This document shows, piece after piece, positions 14,767 to 27,097 of a DNA stretch of 64,000 nt (the stretch's first letter is position 1; each line of letters opens with the position of its first letter). Below the pieces are notes generated by a model. It worked only from the letters and a program-made list of their open reading frames with translations. It was not told the origin of the DNA and did not search any database. The position numbers were made by a program, and so were the translations under genes. The DNA lies in the NCBI RefSeq assembly GCF_037042905.1, contig NC_087252.1:19160001-19224000 (forward strand), written 5' to 3'. The DNA is from Lytechinus pictus. Its lineage: Eukaryota.

Positions 14767-15514
14767 TTAACAAATGTACTTTTGCTAGAACAAGTTTACG
14801 ATCAGCCAATGAAACTGATTGATTTCAGTAGCTTTAAACTGTTATTGCAAATTTATTATTAAAAAAAGTTTTATGAAAAGGGCCCCAAGAGCTTTCAAAT
14901 CAAGGCAATGACATCATATAAGAGCTAACTTTTGGTGCTATACTTTTACGCATGATAGTGAGTAAGGTTGGGATCCCAAAATATCTATTTTACAATATCT
15001 AGACATCTTTCAATAGTTAATTCTGAGAAAAGAAAACATGGCTTAATGTTATTTCACAACTGAGAGCTAATTTTCAACACTTCCAATGTATTTCTTATCT
15101 AAATATGCATAAGCAGTTATAACATAATACTGAGTGTTTGTAATGATTATATACCGAGTAATTGAAATCATTACCACATAATACTTAGCTATTCATAGCA
15201 TTGTCAAACTCAAATTACTAATATTCAAAAGCGTGCATATTATTAAACATTACGTTTGCTGCAGCTGGATAAAAATGATCAACAAAAATGAAAAAATCAT
15301 TCAGTATCTTACAAGACATATAAAAATCATTTCGGATGACTTCATAATATATTTCAAATTACAAGGGGAGGCAAATAAATGAATTTACCTTCTAGTATAA
15401 AATGATATGAGTATTTTTAGTAATAGGAAGCAATGGCAAGATTACATGTAAATGTATTGATGATTTTATTACTGACAATATTATATTTTCATGGGGGCGG
15501 GGTCTGGGCAAATG

Positions 15515-15920
15515 AAGAGTAGAAAGAACAGGATGAGAGAGGGAGAAAGAGATGAGCAGGAGAATAAAGAGGGGGAAATGGGAGAGGGAGAAAGGGTAGA
15601 AGTAGTAAAGAGAGGAGAAGCAGAATTAGGAGACGGAGAATAAGAGGAAATGAAAAAGGAGAAAGGGAAGAAGTGGTAAAAGAGAGGAGAATATAGATGA
15701 GAAAATGGGAGAGGAGAAAGGGAAGAAGTGGGAAAAGAAGAGAAGGGGATTGAGAATTAGGAGAAGCAAAAGCAGCAGAAAGGGAAGAAGCAAATGAAGA
15801 ATAAAAACAGGGAGATGGAAAAAGGAAAAGAAAGAAAAAGAAGAAATTAAGTTGAGGAGGAATCGAAGGAAGAGGAGGAAAACATACAAAAAGATGAAGG
15901 GATGGAGGAGGGGGAGGAGT
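15515..15920. repeat. Polypurine low-complexity tract
   Basis: GA-rich sequence visible directly. Confidence 0.85.
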
Positions 15921-16917
15921 TTACTGTGGCAAGTCTCTTTAATAGGAATGAAAGAAAAAAACTTATTTTAGCCCAGTCAAGTTCAAAGATTGAAATAATT
16001 TCATCATGATTTTTTTCACACTATACGCTATCATTTTCATTGCTTTGTACTGAACCATACCCAAGACCAAAATTGCAAACTTGAAATGACATATGCTTCT
16101 ACAGATGGTACTGCAAGCAGCTCTACAAAATTGAAACCTGGCCAGCCTCGCTCCTAAATATCCGGACAGATTATTTCTTTAAGAACCTGATTACATTCAA
16201 TCAAATACTGCTTTAATCATAAATAAATTGTTCATAAATTACTTCCACTGTGATTTTAAAATGTCAACCAAAAACTAAATATTCATGAGAAATCCCTAAA
16301 AACCTATAAAACTAAAAAAAATGTCTTTGCATTAAATTGCAAAGGAAAATGATTTAAGTACTATTGCATCGGACCTTATACCAATGCTACCACAATAGGA
16401 ATTAAAAGTATACACCTATATGTATAGAACAATGATCCAATCCTATATGATAAAATTATGCGCCAAATAAAGAGAATATTCTGGAAAGAGGTCAGGGGTT
16501 GGAAGCCGCTCTTTCTTACAAAAACAATGTAATAATGTTGGCAAAGTTAAGGTTTCATTTTTTTCTCTATTCCAAATGCCCAAGCAAAGTAACGTTGCTC
16601 TATGAAATCGTCCTCATAGATACATACCTGTACGCAAGAAGCAACAATGATTTGAAGAAAAAAACACTTTACATCTGTCCATGATAAAAAAATGCTGAAA
16701 TCATCGCAATAATTTAAATCTAAAACGCATTTTAACCTACTGATCAACGATAAGGCAAGAGAATTTCAGGCTAACAATGCAACAATTTGACAAAAAGGGA
16801 CAAAGTCATAAAAAATATTGATGCAGCCCCTGCACAAGAAGACCATCTAAAAGAGGGGAATATTTCCTAGCCCCCTCTTATAACCAACTAATACCCGTAA
16901 ACCCCACACTCCATATC

Positions 16918-17050
16918 AGGGACCTGTTACACAAAGCTTTATAGCTATCATCATACCTTTTTTACGATTGATTCCATTGACTACAATGTACAATCAATCG
17001 TAAAAATCAAGCGTATGACTAATCGCTAACCTTTGTGTTACGGGGACCCT
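16918..17050. mobile_element. Short MITE (related copy at 32452-32582)
   Basis: Inverted ends GGACCTGTTACACAAAG / CTTTGTGTTACGGGGACCC; internal CATTGACTACAATG shared with the 32.5-kb copy. Confidence 0.6.
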
Positions 17051-17338
17051 GACGATGCGATGAAAACAAAAATGGATATTTAGGTATCCAAGACGTCTTT
17101 GCACTGTAATATGTAGAGATACATGTGTAAATTAATCTAAATACAATCAATCATAAGTCTTTAACACATTTTTGTATTTTTCAAGTGGGGAAGATGACCG
17201 AGGCTAGGTTTCTTCATATCAATGCTGAAACCTATTGTGAGACATTCTCCTAACAGTAATATTTATACATGCATATATAGCGCGTAACTCCTACTTTTTC
17301 AGAAGACTCTATGCAGTAATATATATATATATATATAT

Positions 17339-17827
17339 CAGGGCTCGACATTAGCAGTGGCCCGGTGGCCCAGAGCAACCAAAAATGAGGGTGAGGCCAC
17401 CAAATTGCTGTAAAAGCCCATACTTGGTGGCCCGGTTGGGCTACCAAATTTTTGATAAATTGTATTTTCTTTTGTGTAGCATATGGTGCGCGAGCTTTCT
17501 CGGCCTCAGCACCTTCTCTCTGGAATAATTTGCCCATATATTTAAGAATGATACCATCACTGGAGACCTTCAAATCTAAACTGAAGTCTTATCTTTTCTA
17601 ACAGTATTAGTTATCGGCACTTTGACACTCATCCAAACTTTCTTTCTTTCTTTTCTTGTGCGCCTCGGAATAGAATATTTCTAGATAGATGGCGCTATAT
17701 AAATGCCTATTATTATTAATAATTTATTTCAGGGCCACCAAATTTGCTTTACGGGCCACCAAAAATATGAAATTAATAATTTTGGTGGACTAAACGGGCC
17801 ACCAAGAAAAGTTAGTGTCGAGCCTTG
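17339..17827. mobile_element. hAT-like MITE in a (TA)n tract, carrying a nested LINE 3' end
   Basis: TIRs CAGGGCTCGACA / TGTCGAGCCTTG; (TA)n flanks; GGCCACCAA subterminal repeats. Confidence 0.8.
17482..17722 (+). mobile_element. 5'-truncated L2/CR1-group LINE 3' end
   Basis: 17482-17601 reads YGARAFSASAPSLWNNLPIYLRMIPSLETFKSKLKSYLF*, a typical L2/CR1 ORF2 C-terminus. It is followed by GCGCTATATAAAT and an (ATT)n tail. Confidence 0.85.
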
Positions 17828-17844
17828 TATATATACATATACAG

Positions 17845-18017
17845 TAATGCAGCATAATTACCCTGGCTTTAGCAGAGCAGCATTTACATGTATGCGCATT
17901 GCGTTTCAAGGAATGAAATAGTGCTAGGTACCCATTTACCTCACCTGGGTTCAGAGCAGCTCATGGTGGATCAATTTCTTGCTGAAGGAAATACACCATG
18001 GCTTGAATTCGAACCCA
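17845..18017 (-). mobile_element. tRNA-SINE fragment
   Basis: B box GGTTCGAATTC on minus and the shared CCTCACCTGGG body. Confidence 0.7.
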
Positions 18018-18411
18018 TGAAATGTACCTGATTGCTGGATGCCTCTTCATACAACTTCCTTGTTTCAGTTGAGATGAGATTTCAGCACAAGAATGCCCAA
18101 AGAGACTACACAAGCCTCACGACAGGTAAATACAGTAAAATTGATTAAATTATGAGGAAATCTCTTCTATTCTTTTTAATACACTGTGTCACAGACCTAT
18201 AATCGATATTTCTTGCATGATTGATCACATCTCTTTATGTATTAAACAGGGCATCGATATTTTAGCACAAGAAATGAACAAATATATTTTGTTCCCATAG
18301 TGATGCAAACTAATTATATTCCAACAGAAAAAAAATCATGTCTGATAGTGATTTTTTTGACCTCTCAAAAACACATACTGACTACACTCATGCCCCTCGA
18401 TGCATTAAACC

Positions 18412-19671
18412 TCATCGAGATAAAAACGGAGGAGTTTGGCTTCGGAGTTCAACTTTGGCAATACCCATTTCCTTGTCAGCACTTTCGCTTGACGGTGTAT
18501 CCATGGAAACAGATTGGAATGCATCAAAAGTGGGCGTGGTCCAATCCTCCTCAGAGGATTTTGAAAGAACACCAGTTTCCCATTCTAAAGGATGTCCCTG
18601 CGGCTTATTTTCTAACACAATTGCACACTGACTTAGGGTATCTTTTGTTACTGTTTGGTCTTCATGGCTGTTGGCTGACAGAACGAGGGGAACTTCACTT
18701 GGAACATCTACAAATTTGTCACATGATCGTGTTTGGAATTGTATGGAGTTTCTTGAATCATCGGGTAACACAGAGGGCGCTGTACTACTTGATTCTAAGT
18801 CACAGTTTGAATGTAATGTTTCAGGCAATATTGTTGGCTGAATGGAAGATCCTTCGACGGCACCAACCAATGAGGTTGTTTGTTTCATTCCTGTGGTTAG
18901 CACAAGGGGTTCGCTGTCTATATCGCTGAATGCTATTGGCTGATGAAAGGAGCCTTCCGTGGCATTGACCAATGGAGGTAATGGTTTCATGGGAGTGGTT
19001 AGCACAAGAGGTTGTCTGTCTGTATCACACGATGCTATTGGCCGATTAACAGAGCCTCCATCCAGCCTAGCTAACTGAGATGCAGCAGCTTGTATTTCAG
19101 GTGAAACTGTCCTTGTAGCAGCGGAACGACGCACAGAGTTTGAAAGCTCCATACCCGCATGATGCCGAACGCAAGGTAAAGAATCTACCCCTGTCCTTTG
19201 TCTATGATCCCCTGCCGGCTGGACGCTAATGCATCCATTTCCCGCGGGGTGAGTTAAATGTCGACTGTCTGAAGACACTCTAGATTGCACGTTGGTTACG
19301 AACCCCTCCCCATCGACCCCTGACCTCCCTATGACCTCTGACCTTCCTATATCCGCTGACCCATCATCTCCACCGACTTCGAGACACACCACAGGAACTC
19401 TACACGCGTACATATCACTCTCCCCTGCTCCTTGACCTGGGTCAGAGGTCACTTCCTGCAGGTCGACCGAGGTCAGGTCACAGGTCAGGTCATCCATGGG
19501 AATGTTCTGGTCATCCAAGAGTTCCTCGTTCTCCCCGCAGCGGTCTCCCGAAGGTTTGTCCAGCCCCATCTCGGTGGCGTGCTTCCGCTTCTCGTCGTCC
19601 GTGCAGAAGGCTTGCTCGAAGGAGTAGTAGAGGGCCAGCACAGTGGCAAAGGCACTGATCAACAGCAAGAA
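18412..19671 (-). CDS. PCSK7: PCSK7 terminal exon: transmembrane helix plus ~400-aa cytoplasmic tail and stop
   Basis: Acceptor ctacag at 19672, phase 0, in frame with the previous exon. FLLLISAFATVLALYYSF matches the position of the PC7 TM segment; open for 419 codons to TGA. Confidence 0.85.
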   Translation of the reverse strand, partial: FLLLISAFATVLALYYSFEQAFCTDDEKRKHATEMGLDKPSGDRCGENEELLDDQNIPMDDLTCDLTSVDLQEVTSDPGQGAGESDMYACRVPVVCLEVGGDDGSADIGRSEVIGRSGVDGEGFVTNVQSRVSSDSRHLTHPAGNGCISVQPAGDHRQRTGVDSLPCVRHHAGMELSNSVRRSAATRTVSPEIQAAASQLARLDGGSVNRPIASCDTDRQPLVLTTPMKPLPPLVNATEGSFHQPIAFSDIDSEPLVLTTGMKQTTSLVGAVEGSSIQPTILPETLHSNCDLESSSTAPSVLPDDSRNSIQFQTRSCDKFVDVPSEVPLVLSANSHEDQTVTKDTLSQCAIVLENKPQGHPLEWETGVLSKSSEEDWTTPTFDAFQSVSMDTPSSESADKEMGIAKVELRSQTPPFLSR

Positions 19672-20288
19672 CTGTAGGAGGGAATGGGAGGAAATGAGAC
19701 ATAGATTTGAGGACTAGGAATGCAGGAGATTGTATGACTGTACATGCTATTGTCAGGTGCTCTGTGATGTATACATGGGGAAAGACTGCCATGTAGGCAT
19801 AAGAAGGAGGCAGCCAAAGACCTTCAAGAACATTGGACAGTGTTCTTCCTGTTTGGCCAATATCTTCCTCACCTTTTAAAAATTCATTTTATGTACTCTG
19901 TTACACGGTGTTTGTCTTAATGTCATTTTGATCTGTTGATCTCTTGAAGAGAAACAAATGAAGCTTGAAACCTGAAACAGTGAAGAATCAAGTTGGGGAG
20001 AATGGGATGGATGGGGGAAGGATGTGAGGGTAGTGTTGCAAGCAAGTTTTATAAACTGTGCTTGGAAAGAAGAGGGAACATGTCAAAATTCAATGTGATG
20101 TACAAAATAAAGCCTGAAATGGGAAGTTGCCAGGGCCTGAAATCAGACAAAGCATTAGGACTGACTCCAGCCACTCCTGCACGATGGCGACAATACTGGA
20201 TTTGAAACTTTGGTCTTCTGACTGACTGGCTTTCTGATCATAAGAGTCCCTCAAGATACTACCCAATCATTGAGAGAACAGTACTCAC

Positions 20289-20406
20289 CTTGATGGTTTT
20301 CATAGAAAGGAACGATTCTTCCTCTATGGGTGTAGCCCAGTAGAAGGAACAAGGCTCTGTCAGGTTGGTATCTAAGAACTCCCCACCGTAAGACTCTGCT
20401 ACCATA
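20289..20406 (-). CDS. PCSK7: PCSK7 exon, juxtamembrane stalk
   Basis: AG/GT boundaries, phases 2/0; MVAESYGGEFLDTNLTEPCSFYWATPIEEESFLSMKTIK resembles the PC7 stalk. Confidence 0.85.
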
Positions 20407-20929
20407 CTGTTGGGGAGAAAACAAGAGATGTTGGTCTCGGTGACATAGTTTTTAATTGAAAGAGAAGTTCACCCTTAAGTTTTTTGTTGTTTTTTTAATT
20501 AAGAAAAACACATTGGCACAGTTTTGATGAAAATCTGTTAAATAATAAAGTGTATTTTGTAAGGTCATAGACAAGCAGCTCCTCACACGTTGTGTGGTTA
20601 ATTTTTAAAATGCCATTTCTTTTTTTTTTTAAATGAAAGTGATTTTTTTTTCTATTTGTAGGGGGATATATCATTAGACACATTTCACAGAAGAAAAATA
20701 GATTCATCACCTTCTATTGAAAAATTGGAATTCAAGGAATTTATATTATATGATGCAGGGGGTAGCTGCTTACATATGTCACAATTTCAAATCTTTAAAA
20801 TCTCATGACTCTGTTATGCTTCCTATTTAATGGGTATCATTGCAAGAAACAGCATCAACTGCATTGTAATCAACAGAATGAATATCAGAATCGACATAAC
20901 TGTGACTCCACTCTTCAGAAGTAAAAACT

Positions 20930-21318
20930 TCATCATCAGCATCTTCATCATTATCACCATCATTAGCAACATACCACCAATATCATAAGAAAATTCATCA
21001 GCATCATCATGTCATCTCAATTACAACCACCACCATCATCATCATCATCATAATAATAATCATCATCGTCATCATCACCATCATCATCATAACCATCATC
21101 ATGATAATCACCATCTTCATCATCATCACCATCATCACGATCACCATCATCATCATCATCACCATCACCACCATCACCACCATCATCACGATCACCATCA
21201 CCACCATCATCATCATCATCACGATCACCATCACCACCATCATCATCACGATCACCATCACCACCATCACCATCATCATCATCACCATCACCACCATCAC
21301 CACCATCATCATCATCAA
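20930..21318. repeat. (CAT/CAC)n microsatellite
   Basis: Directly visible. Confidence 0.95.
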
Positions 21319-21506
21319 TATAACAAAACAGAAAATATATGGAAATATTTTACTACCCCCCCCCCCCGGTTATTTCCATGTCAATAGCACACAACTGTAA
21401 CAGCGGCATCAGGAATCGAAGTTCATTATCTCAGCTGATAACTTCTTGAACCCCCCCCCCCCCCATCATAAATTGAGAAATACTTTTCAAAAAAAGTAAT
21501 AATTAC

Positions 21507-21594
21507 ATTTTTCTCTCTGCTACATCCGCTGGTTTCATATTAGACCCATAGAGAGCCAGCGTCCACTCTTCTAAAACACCCCCACCAACAGTAC
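21507..21594 (-). CDS. PCSK7: PCSK7 exon, end of P domain
   Basis: TVGGGVLEEWTLALYGSNMKPADVAERK contains the W-x-L-x-L-YG P-domain end; phases 1/2 fit the neighbouring exons. Confidence 0.9.
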
Positions 21595-22487
21595 CTAAGG
21601 AGAAGAGGGAAAAACACAATAAGCATTATTCAGACAGTGCTACCAAATATGCAATTTAATTCTTGGATTAACTGAAATATGAAAACATTGTCTAAGAAGT
21701 ATTGAATTGAATACACAGAATTTCACCACAGTAAGACCAGAATTGATACACAGAGCCACTGGCATATGACAGTCCTACCAATGTGAAATAATGTGCAATT
21801 AACAAGTCACCTGTAACTTCACTTACTAGAGGTGATGCTGTTGTTTTTCAAAACGATTTACAAATTGAAAATTCATATAATTGCAGTATAAATACAAATA
21901 AACAAATTTTAATTTAATTCAATAAGGATGTGCATGTATGATGGGCGTACTACAAACACTGTGCTGATGATGGGACTTTTCATGTAACAACTATCAGACA
22001 TTCAAATATTCTTCATGAATGTGTTCAATAATATTATGGAGTTAAGGGGATGGTTAAAATATCAGTGAGTTGCCAGATGCCGACAAGAATATCTCCCGAC
22101 AACCCGGCAACAGATGGGGTAGGGGTATTGGTGGAACGGTCAGTGTCAACAATACATCTCTTGTCAACCCAATAACATCTCTTGTCAACCCAATGGAACG
22201 GTCAGTGTCAACAATACATCTCTTGTCAACCCAATAACAGAACGGGTACGTGTATTGGTGGAATGGTCAGTGCCAACAAGAACATCTCCCGACAACCCAA
22301 CAACGGATGGGGTAGGGGTATTGGTGGAGTGGTCAGTGATTAATGAAAGGTGAGGAACTTACTGAAATTGGTAATAATAAGTTGCAAGTTGCCTACAGGA
22401 TCATCTCCTGACAGCAGATGGGGTAGGTGTATGGGTGGAGTGAGAGGGGGGGGGGGAATGGTCAGTGATCTGTGGTCGGGTACTTAC

Positions 22488-22582
22488 TGAAATCTGTAAT
22501 GATAAGTTGCCAGTCGCCTACGGGATCCTCACCCCAGCAACGGACGGTTGAGAAGGTCCAGCCATGAAGACCGTCTCGAGAG
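22488..22582 (-). CDS. PCSK7: PCSK7 exon, P domain
   Basis: [42 protein letters not shown] is characteristic of PC7. Phases 2/1. Confidence 0.95.
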
Positions 22583-23286
22583 CTGTAAGGGGGGAAAATA
22601 TCAAAATGCAATGAAATCTGTACATAGAGACATCTGAAGGGAGAATAGTGTGTTTTCTAGTCTACAGTGGTTTATACATTTATGGAAAAGTTTCTTTGTA
22701 TGCCAACTTTACACATTGAAGAGTTGAAGGAAACAGAAAAAATATATAAACATGACATCATTTATACTGACAGGTGGTAGGTATAGATTAATGTAACACT
22801 TGACTAATCAGAAAAACAAAACAAAGAAGTAACTGGATTTGCATAAAGGAAAACCCATCAGAGAGGTATACTGACCAGAGTATAAATGGAATTTAACAGA
22901 AGATGAAAAAAACAATAGAAAATCATTAATTTTTCAAGTATACACCATTTGCAACAAAAAATATACCAGCACATTCATGTTTAAAAATTAATCGATTTGC
23001 CCACATTTAATGACGGCAAGGAGTCACAAATCTTAAGATGCCAAATTAATCCCAGCTATGGCGTGATTCCCTTTGGCAAGAAACTGATCCACATTGTGCT
23101 ACTGCTGCACTCAACCTAGGTGAGATAAATTAGTACCTGGTGTGATTCCCCCCCCCCCCTTTAAAGGCACATAGATACATAAGGTGATAACATATATGCT
23201 GTACAAGAACTAAATATTTGTTATCATTACTTTTATAATACAAAGAAAAAAATACAGACCAAATGGGCCAATGAAAGAGAGCTCTG

Positions 23287-23404
23287 GGGTCCGTTGCAGA
23301 AAGAGTTGCGTTTAAATGCAAGTCAAAAAATCAATCGCAAGTTCCAAATGCGCTGTTGATTGGTTGAAAATCAAGTTGCGCATGACTCTTTCTGCAACGG
23401 GCCC
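23287..23404. mobile_element. Harbinger-like MITE (sister copy 30193-30337)
   Basis: TIRs GGGTCCGTTGCAGAAAGAGT / ACTCTTTCTGCAACGGGCCC with CWG flanks. Confidence 0.8.
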
Positions 23405-23559
23405 CAGGGACTTACTTGCCTTTCTTTCTCCTACCCCCAATAATAGACCTGGTCCCAAAAGGAAAGACTATTTCTATCTTTAGCTTAGATACACTAGTTT
23501 TAATATCTGTAGCTTAGAGTATGAAGCCATTGGGCAAATAAAGAGAGTTCTGGACTTAC

Positions 23560-23716
23560 TTGTCTTTCTTTCTCCTAGCCCCAATGACAGACCTGGTCCC
23601 AGAAGGGCAGATCAGTTCTATCTTTAGCTTGCCCCTCATGGTGTGTGAGAGAGAGACAGTAATTAACACATGTTCCAACGTTGAAAGCTCGTTTTCTAAG
23701 GCTGTTGCATTGGTCA
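23560..23716 (-). CDS. PCSK7: PCSK7 exon, P domain
   Basis: TNATALENELSTLEHVLITVSLSHTMRGKLKIELICPSGTRSVIGARRKKD (LEHV, RG-x-L and CPSG motifs); phases 1/2. Confidence 0.95.
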
Positions 23717-24039
23717 CTGTTATTAAGAGAGAAGAGATTAAAAACTGAAATTATTATCAATTTAAAAAGATAAATAAGCATTCCCAAGTCCAAATATGCA
23801 CATAGACCTATAACTAATTGTCAAGTATGATTTTATTTAATTCAATTTTTTTTCAGTACACTATTGATAATTGATTAAAAGGAATATTTTGTTCAAAACA
23901 AAATGTCATCAGTATTTTAACCATTGTTGTAACATTAGATATTTAAACTTATCTACAGGGCCCAATTTCATAAAGACTTGTTTTAATATGCACAACATTA
24001 CTATCAGCCAATCAGATTGAAGGATTTCAGTAGCTTTAA

Positions 24040-24829
24040 CCCTAATTCTCTTGGGGGGCGGCCATAATGGCCCCCCCTCGACAATTTTCGCGATATATCT
24101 GCTGCGCAAATTTTTTTGACCTCGCCGCTCACTGACTTTTTACTTTCAAGTCAAGCGCAAATTTTGAGACCAAATTTGTGAAGCCCGGGTACGCGGTTAC
24201 GACATTACGCAACATTATGTAAGTGCATGTCAGACCCAAAATTGCTCATAAACGTGATTTCATGTACAAATCCAATGCAAATTTTGTATTTAGCCAAAAT
24301 TCATAAATGTATCATTATTTCTACTTTTACTGATTAAACTTAATTAATTTTGCCTTGTTTATGATCAGAATGAAGTCTGGAACGATTTCCATCGAAAAAA
24401 CAATAAAAAACAAAAAGTAAAAAAACAGAGAAATACATAAGAAATAAAAAAAACAATAAATACATAAGAAATCGGTCTTGGTACCGGAATTTTTTCCATT
24501 CACAATTGTTAGGAATGCTATAAAGAATATTTTCACCTAAAAATAGCATTCTAGGGGCTTTATTTAGTGAATCAGAGCAAAAAGTATGATTTCATGAATA
24601 AATTAGCATAATTAATTCATATACATGTACATGTAAAATAAAAATATATGAATTCAGTGAAATTTACCAATGCAACTGCGTAGATTACGTCATTCTCTAT
24701 CATCATGCAAATTTTTGTTGTGATCGCGCAATCCGCGGCTGAGATCTTAAGGGGGGGGCCATAATGCCCCCCCCCCCCCCCCCCCCCCCCCGGAATGACA
24801 AGAATCAAAATACCCCGGGAGATTTAGGG
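24040..24829. mobile_element. piggyBac-like non-autonomous element nested in an older MITE (~23958-24875)
   Basis: TTAA TSD at 24036-24039 and 24830-24833; CCC..GGG termini CCCTAATTCTC / GAGATTTAGGG. Confidence 0.85.
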
Positions 24830-25163
24830 TTAAACTTTTATTGCAAGTTTGTTTCAGTTTTATGAAGCGGACCCCTAATCTGCTCTATAAAGTAAAGTGC
24901 GGTACTCAATAATGAACAAATGTGAATGGAACCATTATCAGTTATAACAAATGAGTTCAATTTATGCAATTTGCTATATTTGCCAGCAGGCTATATTATC
25001 TGGCATGGATCACAAATATGAGATAACGCCTTTTCCGGTTTAGCGTTCATGCAATTGCCCTTTTCAAAGTGAAATGTGAGTATGACAGTTCACACTGATC
25101 AAGCTAATTCATTCAAGTATTGTTATGATTCATGAATTTGTGCAGATGATTCACCCTATTGGC

Positions 25164-26973
25164 TAGTGCTGCAAGTCAGGCGCCATGTTCGGGTTCGGTT
25201 CGGTTCGGCAAGGTTCGGCAGAAATTTGCCGAACATTGGTTCGGTTCGGGGTTCGGTAATGATAGACTGATAAAGCTATAGTTCATTCAGGTATATACAT
25301 AGCGTACCGGTAGACAATTTGTACTTGATTGACTGCATGTGCTCGCGTGTACCTCTGTCACATCAAACCATTTTATCTCTATCTTGACATGAAACTATGA
25401 AAGTTATAGCTCGCTCAACGAATCAACTTTTATCTCGAATTTGATTATCTGATGACAGATTTATTGGGTAACTCACAGTTCTAAAATGGCGACTCTTCCT
25501 AGTCGTCCATACCTGGACCACACTTAGCTTTGGATACTTGCCAAATTAACTACGCTCGCGCTCGCACTCGTACCAGCTAGGCCAGCGCATGCAGTCCCCT
25601 TGTAGCGGGACTCTGAGCTCATGAATATTTATATATACAGTCCGGCCAAACGTGATTGGCAATTACGTCGGCCAGCGCCAGTGCACTGAACTGTAGGCAT
25701 AGTAGGGCCAGGGGCGTGTCGAAGAAAGCGTGCTTATGTAATGCGCCTTTCGCTAATTGGCTCGATGGGTGAACTAAACCACCAATCGCATGTCGCTAAT
25801 TGTCGCATCGGTACATACAGCCACGTGCTTTGTCTGCTCGCGAAACTCAGCTCACTGATTGAAGAGCAATTTCCGAGATTTCTATGATTTCATTGGTCAG
25901 ATTTCATTCGACCATGAACATACAGACCAAGTGGGATGCAAAGTTTTACGACTGTAATGGGACAGGGGGAGTAGAGTGATCATCGAATTATTTATGGTTA
26001 ATTTGAGAAGTTGATAAGAAAGGAAAAAAAAAGTAAAGATTGGGGGTCATTTTCCCCCAAGAGATGAATGTTTCCGCATGGCTTTATCTTCATTCAACTT
26101 GTCAACGAGGGGAAGGGGATCTTGCTATATGCTATACCGTAATCATTCATGAGTGTTTGATTTTTATTTTCATCTGATTGTTAATAATAAAAAAAGATAA
26201 CTTCACCTCATCTCATGTCTATATTATTTGTTTTGCGTCTCTCCTTTCCATCTCTAACAGTCACTCACTTTATTTCCCACTTTCACTGGATCTCTCGTTT
26301 TCAAAACTCTTTACTTCTCTCTAAAATCATGAAAACTAGACAGTAGCGAGCCGACACCTCAATAATAATGTCAATCACCTCAATCAGATCTTTATTCTCC
26401 GCCGCAACAATACACGAGTTACGATCTTAATCACATCGTATCGTAATTCGTAATATTAATGGTACTTCATCTTTCACTTTCAGTTTATTGAGCTCGTTCA
26501 TTCAAAATACTTTCAAACAAGAATCTTGTTCACCACCTAAAAACAACAATATTTTAGATAATTAGATTTAACCAATGAACACTCATACAGTTTTGGTTTT
26601 CTTTACCATGCTTCGGCGATTCGGCCACAGAGCAAGAGATGATGAAAGCCAGTAAAATGATTATAGCGCAAGCTCGCGCAACATCATTCATCGGATCTCC
26701 TTTCTTAATCAGGGCCGTAAAAACCACAATGTCAACATGAAAATGAAAACAAAATCTAGTAACCGCAAAATAAGCGCATACTACAATTGCAAAGAAGATT
26801 AAATAGAGAATGCGCAAATATAATGATTAGAAAGGGTGTAAACTTATAAATTTATTAGCTGAAAGCCGTTTTTTTTTTTTTTGCCGAACTTCCGAACCAA
26901 GTCTTAGTGTTTGGTTCGGAAGTGCCATGTTCGGCGAACTACCGTTCGGTTCGGCGGTTCGGCTACAGCACTA
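25164..26973. mobile_element. 1.8-kb non-autonomous hAT element
   Basis: TIRs TAGTGCTGCA / TACAGCACTA; exact 8-bp TSD CTATTGGC (25156-25163, 26974-26981); GTTCGG subterminal repeats at both ends; no transposase ORF. Confidence 0.9.
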
Positions 26974-27097
26974 CTATTGGCACAATGAAGCGAATTGCAG
27001 CATTTGAAATCAACTCCATGTCATATTTTGTGAAAATCAATCGTATTAAAGAGAAAATGCAATTACAATACAACATGTGTGTCTGATGCAAGCATGG

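Noticed and set aside
18300..18929. 209-aa plus-strand ORF
   Set aside because: Antisense shadow of the PCSK7 terminal exon, non-ATG start and no recognisable domain.
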